Below, piece by piece: positions 58,739-64,000 of a stretch of 64,000 nucleotides of DNA (position 1 is its first letter; each line of letters starts with the position of its first letter). The stretch is from an uncultured Acidimicrobiales bacterium. GTDB lineage: Bacteria; Actinomycetota; Acidimicrobiia; Acidimicrobiales; Bin134. Under the pieces are notes generated by a model. It was not told the origin of the DNA. It saw nothing but the letters and a program-made list of their open reading frames with translations, and did no database searches. Where the stretch lies: positions 1,901,954 through 1,965,953 of the forward strand of contig OX638350.1 in assembly GCA_951813325.1 (NCBI GenBank), read 5' to 3'. A program made the position numbers and the translations under genes.

Positions 58739-60448
58739 TCAGCCCAACCCCGCGCAAGCCCGGTTCAAAGCACTAACGATGGCCCGCATAGAGGCTGTCG
58801 TTATGTCGGTGTGGATACCGCACCCCCATAACTCCCGCCCGTCAACCAGCAGCTCGATGTAGGCCACCGCTTCGGCGTCGGTCCCCCCGCCCCGGGCGTG
58901 CTCGCTGTAGTCCACCACCTTGACCGGGGAGTCGATGATCTCGTTTAGCCCGCTCACAAAGGCATCCAGGGAACCAGCCCCCTCGCCGTGGACCACCACT
59001 TGGTCGTTGCCGGTGGTCAGCCGGGCCGTCACCACAGTGCGGTCGGCCCCCCGGGCGTTCTGGGCTGACTCGTAGCCGTTCAGCCGGTAGGGCTCGTCCA
59101 GGTCGAGGTACTCGGTGGCGAACTCGTTGTAGATCTGGTCGGCGGTGATCTCCTCGCCGGTCTCGTCGGCGATCTGCTGGATGACCCGGCTGAACTCGAT
59201 CTGCATGCGCCGGGGCAGGTCGAGCTGCACTTCATTTTGGAGCAGATACGACACTCCTCCCTTGCCCGACTGACTGTTCACCCGTACCACGTCCTGGTAG
59301 CTGCGGCCCACGTCTTTGGGGTCGATGGGGATATAGGGCACCTCGAACAGGGTCTGGCCCGTCTCCTCCATGGCCTCGAACCCCTTCTTGATGGCATCCT
59401 GATGAGACCCGGAGAAGGCGGTGTACACCAGATCGCCCACATACGGGTGGCGGGGGTGGATGGGAAGCTGGTTGCAGTCCTCGGCCACCCGGCGCAGCCC
59501 GTTGATGTCGGATATGTCCAGCTCGGGATCCACCCCCTGGCTGAACAGGTTCATGGCCAGGTTCACCACATCCACGTTGCCGGTGCGCTCCCCGTTGCCG
59601 AACAGGGTGCCCTCCACCCGGTCGGCGCCGGCCATGAGCCCGAACTCGGCCGCGGCCACCGCGGTCCCCCGGTCGTTGTGGGGGTGCAGGCTCAACACGA
59701 TCCGGTCCCGGCGGGCCAGGTTGCGGTGCATCCACTCGATCATGTCGCCGTAGATGTTGGCGGTGGACATCTCCACGGTGGCCGGCAGGTTGATGATCAC
59801 CGGCTTGTCATGGCCGTCGGCCAAGATATCGGTCACCTCGTCGCACACCCGCTTGGCAAACGGCAGCTCGGTGCCGGTGAACGACTCGGGCGAGTACTCG
59901 TAGAACACCTCCGTGGCAGGAACCTGCGACTCCAGCGACCGGCACCACTCCGATGCCTGGGTGGCGATCTTGGTGATCCCGTCCATGTCGAGACCGAACA
60001 CCACCCGGCGCTGGACGGTAGAAGTGGAGTTGTACAGGTGGACGATGGCGTCGGCCGCCCCGTCGATGGCCTCGTAGGTGCGCTCGATGAGCTCCCTGCG
60101 GGCCTGGGTGAGCACCTGGATGCGGACATCGGAGGGGATGGCCTTCTGCTCGATGATCTCCCGCACGAACCCGAAGTCGGTCTCCGACGCCGAGGGGAAG
60201 CCCACCTCGATCTCTTTGAATCCGGCCTCCACCAGCGCGGTGAACATCTTCCACTTCCGCTCGGAGTTCATGGGCTCGATAAGGGCCTGGTTGCCGTCCC
60301 GCAGGTCTACCGAGCACCACCGGGGGGCACCGGTCAGCACCGCGTTGGGCCAGGTCCGGTCAACCAGCTCGATCGGCTCGAACGGCTGGTACTTGTGGAT
60401 CGGCATTCCCGACGGCTGTTGGGGGTGTAGTCCGGTTTTCATGGGCAT
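58739..60448 (-). CDS. leuA: 2-isopropylmalate synthase (actinobacterial long form)
   Basis: 'CSVDLRDGNQ' plus full-length LeuA pattern. Confidence 0.9.
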   Translation of the reverse strand: MPMKTGLHPQQPSGMPIHKYQPFEPIELVDRTWPNAVLTGAPRWCSVDLRDGNQALIEPMNSERKWKMFTALVEAGFKEIEVGFPSASETDFGFVREIIEQKAIPSDVRIQVLTQARRELIERTYEAIDGAADAIVHLYNSTSTVQRRVVFGLDMDGITKIATQASEWCRSLESQVPATEVFYEYSPESFTGTELPFAKRVCDEVTDILADGHDKPVIINLPATVEMSTANIYGDMIEWMHRNLARRDRIVLSLHPHNDRGTAVAAAEFGLMAGADRVEGTLFGNGERTGNVDVVNLAMNLFSQGVDPELDISDINGLRRVAEDCNQLPIHPRHPYVGDLVYTAFSGSHQDAIKKGFEAMEETGQTLFEVPYIPIDPKDVGRSYQDVVRVNSQSGKGGVSYLLQNEVQLDLPRRMQIEFSRVIQQIADETGEEITADQIYNEFATEYLDLDEPYRLNGYESAQNARGADRTVVTARLTTGNDQVVVHGEGAGSLDAFVSGLNEIIDSPVKVVDYSEHARGGGTDAEAVAYIELLVDGRELWGCGIHTDITTASMRAIVSALNRACAGLG

Positions 60449-60473
60449 GGCCTCTATTGGAATTGACTCACGA

Positions 60474-60568
60474 AAAAACCCCCTGCCCTTGCGGGTTCAG
60501 GGGGTCGGGGCGAGCACCTCTGGGTGCTCGCCCTACAAGAGCAGCAGGTGGGTGTGGATGCGGCTCAT
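60474..60568 (-). promoter_or_regulatory. leuA transcription attenuator: 11-aa Leu-rich leader peptide (MSRIHTHLLLL), 10-bp hairpin, then a Rho-independent terminator with T6
   Basis: Leader ORF atgagccgcatccacacccacctgctgctcttgtag (60568 to 60533), hairpin ggcgagcacc-caga-ggtgctcgcc, terminator ccccctg..cagggggtttttt ending ~25 nt before the leuA start. Confidence 0.6.
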
Positions 60569-60622
60569 CGGGTTAATCCTACGCAGAGTTCATAGCAGTT
60601 ACAAAACACCGGGCCGTATCGA

Positions 60623-62203
60623 TCAAGCCTCAGCCCGGGCCAGTCCCAGATAGCGGGCGGCCTGCACGCCGTCGAGGGCCACCAGGGCATCGGCCACTGC
60701 TTTGGGCACCGGCTGGGACGTGGCGATCACCATAGAGGCCCCCTCTCCGGAGGGCGACTGGCCCACGTCCATGTCGTCGATGTTGATACCGGCGTTGCCC
60801 AGCAGGGTGCCCACCGCGCCGATCACGCCGGGACGGTCTTCGTTGGCGAGCAAGATCATGTGCTGGGCGGGCGGCATGTGCAGGCTGTGGTCATCGGCCA
60901 GCACCAGTACCGGCTCTTGGCGCGCCCCGGTCAGCCGCCCACCGAGGCTGTGTCCTCCGCCCCGCACCGTGAGCAGGTTCACGTGGTCTTTCGAGGTGGG
61001 CGTGCTGATCGCCCGCACTTCCATCCCCCGCTCGGTGGCCATTGTCAGGGCGTTCACATAGCTGACCTGCATGTCCGACACCGCGCTCAGCAAGCCCTTG
61101 ACCACCGACATCACCGCCACCGTGTTGTCGGGCTTGCCGATCTCGCCGATGAGCTCCACTTCCAATACCTCGGGCAGGCGGTCGCACAGGTTCCCGAACA
61201 GGCGTCCGAGCTGTTCGGCCAGCGGCAGATAGGGCCGCAGCACGTCGGGAACGTTCTTGGCCGGAACGTTCACCGCGGCGGGCACGAACTCCCCGGCCAA
61301 CGCCAACAGCACCTGCTCGGCAATGGCGTCGCCCGCCTTGCTCTGAGCCTCTTCGGTACTGGCCCCCAGATGGGGGGTGACCACCACCGAGTCGAGGTCG
61401 AACAGCGGCGATTCGGTGATGGGCTCGCCGTCGAACACGTCCAAGGCGGCGCCGGCGATACGCCCCGAGGCCACTGCTTCGGCCAAATCGGCCTCGTCCA
61501 CGATCCCGCCTCGCGACACGTTGACGATCCGCAAGTTGGGTTTGGCCAGCTCGAGCAGCTCGGAGTTGATCAGCCCAATGGTCTCGGGGGTGCGGGCCAC
61601 ATGGATGGTGATGAAGTCGGACTGGGCTATCAGCTCCTCCAGCGATACCAGCGCCATCACGCTGTGGAGGGCCACCTCCTCGGACACATAGGGATCGCTG
61701 GCAATCACGCGCATGGCGAAGCCCATCGCCCGTTCGGCCACCAGCCGGCCGATGCGGCCCAGCCCGATGATGCCCAGGGTCTTGTCGCTCAGCTCGATCC
61801 CCTCCCAGCGACCGCGCTCCCAGCGACCATCGGTCAGCGCGGCATGGGCCTGGGGAATGTTGCGAGCCTGGGACAAGATCAGGGCCATGGTGTGCTCGGC
61901 GGCCGAGATGATGTTGGACAAGGTGTCGTTCACCACCAGCACCCCGTGCTCGGTGGCGGTGTCCACGTCCACGTTGTCCAAGCCCACTCCGGCTCGGCCC
62001 ACGATCACCAGATCGCGGCCCGCGTCAAACACCTCGGCGGTCACTTGGGTGGCCGACCGGATGATCAGCCCGTGGACCCCCGAGACCGCCTCCAACAGCT
62101 CGCCCGGAGACATCCCGGTGCGGACCTCCACGTCATGGCCCGCGTGGCGGAGTTTGGCCACCCCGATGTCGGCGATCTTCTCTGCAACAAGGACCCTGGC
62201 CAT
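60623..62203 (-). CDS. serA: D-3-phosphoglycerate dehydrogenase (with ACT domain)
   Basis: NAD-binding 'GLGRIG', catalytic His/Glu, C-terminal ACT. Confidence 0.9.
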   Translation of the reverse strand: MARVLVAEKIADIGVAKLRHAGHDVEVRTGMSPGELLEAVSGVHGLIIRSATQVTAEVFDAGRDLVIVGRAGVGLDNVDVDTATEHGVLVVNDTLSNIISAAEHTMALILSQARNIPQAHAALTDGRWERGRWEGIELSDKTLGIIGLGRIGRLVAERAMGFAMRVIASDPYVSEEVALHSVMALVSLEELIAQSDFITIHVARTPETIGLINSELLELAKPNLRIVNVSRGGIVDEADLAEAVASGRIAGAALDVFDGEPITESPLFDLDSVVVTPHLGASTEEAQSKAGDAIAEQVLLALAGEFVPAAVNVPAKNVPDVLRPYLPLAEQLGRLFGNLCDRLPEVLEVELIGEIGKPDNTVAVMSVVKGLLSAVSDMQVSYVNALTMATERGMEVRAISTPTSKDHVNLLTVRGGGHSLGGRLTGARQEPVLVLADDHSLHMPPAQHMILLANEDRPGVIGAVGTLLGNAGINIDDMDVGQSPSGEGASMVIATSQPVPKAVADALVALDGVQAARYLGLARAEA

Positions 62204-62281
62204 CGGGCCTCACGATAGACCGCGCTCTGGGGCCAGGATGGGACCAATTTGCAACGGGAAAGTTAATTCCGGCGATGCCTC

Positions 62282-63988
62282 TCAGCGGCGTATGTCTAAA
62301 GCCGGTATGTCATCGGCCAGTTCAAAACCCAATATTTCCGCAAAGAAGGCCAATTCCGCCTCCAATGCGGCCACGATGTTCTCAGCCCGGCGGAATCCGT
62401 GCTGTTCGCCCTCGAATAGCAGGTAGGCCACGGGGATCGACCGCTGCTGGAGGGCGGCCACGATCATCTCAGCCTGGTTGGGGGGCACCACCACGTCTTC
62501 GGAGCCTTGGAGCACGATCATGGGGGCCTCGAAATCGTCCACGAAGTGGATAGGCGAACGGGCCCTGTACACCTCTTCGTCTTCGGGGAACAGCCCCACC
62601 AGGCTGTCCATGTAGCGGGCTTCGAACTTGTGGGTATCGATGGCCAGGGCGGCCAGATCGGCGATGCCGTAGCGGCTGGCCCCGGCCGCGAACACCTTGT
62701 GGAAGGCCAGCGCGCACAAGGTGGTGTAGCCGCCGGCGCTGGAGCCCCGGATGATGAGCCGGTCGCCGTCCACCTCTCCGGTGCGCACCAAGTGGCGGGC
62801 CGCGGCCACGCAGTCGTCCACGTCGCTCACCCCCCAAAGTCCCTGGAGCGCCTCCCGGTAGGCGGTGCCGTAGCCGGTGCTGCCCCGGTAGTTCACGTCC
62901 ACCACTGCGATTCCCCGGCTGGTCCAGTACTGGATGCCGAGCTGGAGCTGGCTGCGAGCCGCACCGGTGGGCCCGCCGTGGCCCAGAACTAGCAGCGGCG
63001 GGCGCTCGCCGGGCGGAGCTTGAACGGTGGGGTGAGTGGGCGGGTAATACAGCCCGTGGGCCTCGGCTCCATCTGTGGTGGGGAAGCTGATCGGTCGAGG
63101 ACTCGACAGATACGCCGGATCAACCGCAGCCCGACCTGGTGGGCGGATGACCTCGAACGACCCGTCGGCCACGTCGATGCGTACGGCAGTGGGCTCTTGG
63201 GACGGCGAGGCGGCAATGGCGCACACAGTATGGGGCCCGACAGGACGGACGCTGGCGTACGACGTCCAAGGCAGATCCAAGTGCTGGGGATCCGATCCGT
63301 CGGGGGGAACAGCCCAAAGCTCGGCCAGCGATCCCCGCATGGCCGCCACCACCACCGTGTTGTCGCCGCATACCGCGTAGCTGGGGTCGTCGAAAACCCA
63401 GGCCGGGCGGTGCATCTCGGCGTCGAGCTCTAGAACCGGAACGAGGTCGCCGCCGTCCAGCCAATAGAGGTTCCACCAGCCGTTGTGGTCGCTCACCACG
63501 TAGAGGCGGCCGTCGGGACCCCACTGGGGCTCCACGACCGAGCCGATGCCCGATATCGCGCACTGGCCGTCTACCCACAGCTCGGTGTGGTCCCAGGGCA
63601 TGTTGGGGTGGTTCCACTGCACCCACGCCAGCCGCTGGCCATCGGGGCTAGGTCGGGGCCAAGCGTAGAAGTCAGCCCTGGTGGCCACGATCTCGGGCTC
63701 GACCGATCCGTCGCCGCTCAGCCGCACGATTTGATTGGCCTCTTCCAAGATGCGGCCCTCTTGTTGGGCCGCCCGGGCCGCGTGGTGGTCTTCCCCAACG
63801 CACACCGTGGCATCGCCGAGGGCCCGACCGTCGGCGTAGCGCCAGCCGTGGGCGAAGGCGGGCTCGGGGGTTACCGGGCGGGCTGCACCGTCGGCCGACA
63901 CATGCCACAGGCGGCCGTCGGCGTCGTCGCAGGCGTAAACCCCGTCGGCGCCGTCGGGCCACCAGGCGCCGCCGCCGTAGCTGTGCAC
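62282..63988 (-). CDS. S9-family serine peptidase (prolyl oligopeptidase/DPP-like), N-terminus may extend past the window
   Basis: Beta-propeller N-terminal domain plus catalytic 'GSSAGG'. Confidence 0.7.
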   Translation of the reverse strand: MHSYGGGAWWPDGADGVYACDDADGRLWHVSADGAARPVTPEPAFAHGWRYADGRALGDATVCVGEDHHAARAAQQEGRILEEANQIVRLSGDGSVEPEIVATRADFYAWPRPSPDGQRLAWVQWNHPNMPWDHTELWVDGQCAISGIGSVVEPQWGPDGRLYVVSDHNGWWNLYWLDGGDLVPVLELDAEMHRPAWVFDDPSYAVCGDNTVVVAAMRGSLAELWAVPPDGSDPQHLDLPWTSYASVRPVGPHTVCAIAASPSQEPTAVRIDVADGSFEVIRPPGRAAVDPAYLSSPRPISFPTTDGAEAHGLYYPPTHPTVQAPPGERPPLLVLGHGGPTGAARSQLQLGIQYWTSRGIAVVDVNYRGSTGYGTAYREALQGLWGVSDVDDCVAAARHLVRTGEVDGDRLIIRGSSAGGYTTLCALAFHKVFAAGASRYGIADLAALAIDTHKFEARYMDSLVGLFPEDEEVYRARSPIHFVDDFEAPMIVLQGSEDVVVPPNQAEMIVAALQQRSIPVAYLLFEGEQHGFRRAENIVAALEAELAFFAEILGFELADDIPALDIRR

Positions 63989-64000
63989 CCGGGTCCGAAC

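Noticed and set aside
60449-60622. T-box riboswitch upstream of leuA
   Set aside because: No T-box consensus (AATTAGGGTGGNACCGCG-like); a leader peptide with a Leu run plus terminator explains the region better
1-64000. Possible one-base coordinate discrepancy between my hand-indexing of the displayed sequence and the ORF track around 15.3-17.6 kb
   Set aside because: Probably my own counting error; the ORF-track coordinates were used wherever available

Overview
This is a high-GC (~67%) actinobacterial chromosomal segment. Gene order resembles Mycobacteriales in places, for example whiB1 convergent with pdtaS and gltX followed by a tRNA-Gln. The first ~10.5 kb is a Tad/Flp pilus locus on the minus strand (tadE-like x3, a pilin-like gene, tadC, tadB, tadA/cpaF, a cpaB-like gene, plus two upstream Cys-rich secreted proteins). 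These genes show ATGA/GTGA start-stop overlaps consistent with an operon. From ~10.7 to 18.1 kb lies an accessory island bounded by an 18-bp direct repeat. It carries a frameshifted SF2 helicase with a C-terminal Zn-ribbon coupled to an RHH protein, a hipBA toxin-antitoxin pair, and an SMC/SbcC-like ATPase remnant. An IS3-family transposase fragment lies just beyond the right-hand repeat (~18.6-19.3 kb). Core metabolism follows: two DUF2236 (MpaB/Lcp-like) oxygenase paralogs flanking an MMPL transporter, an SDR, an MFS transporter, and the glyoxylate shunt (long-form isocitrate lyase divergent from malate synthase G). Further along are a flotillin/NfeD pair, an FrhB-like protein, UdgB, a histidine phosphatase/DUF3090/SCO1664-family trio, etfBA, a lipid kinase, GDPD, whiB1, pdtaS, DUF3107, mrp, a cysteine desulfurase, tRNA-Gln, gltX, and a leucine cluster (cimA-like, ilvE, leuB, greA divergent, leuCD, leuA with a Leu-rich leader-peptide attenuator), then serA and an S9 peptidase. 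Notable non-coding features are three near-identical copies of a ~160-bp MITE-like element with 22-bp terminal inverted repeats inserted at CTAG sites (two insertions supply TAG stop codons to flanking genes), several intragenic tandem repeats, and two tandem duplications over gene starts. No CRISPR array or rRNA was seen. Coordinates not taken directly from the ORF track are hand-derived and may be off by 1-2 nt.
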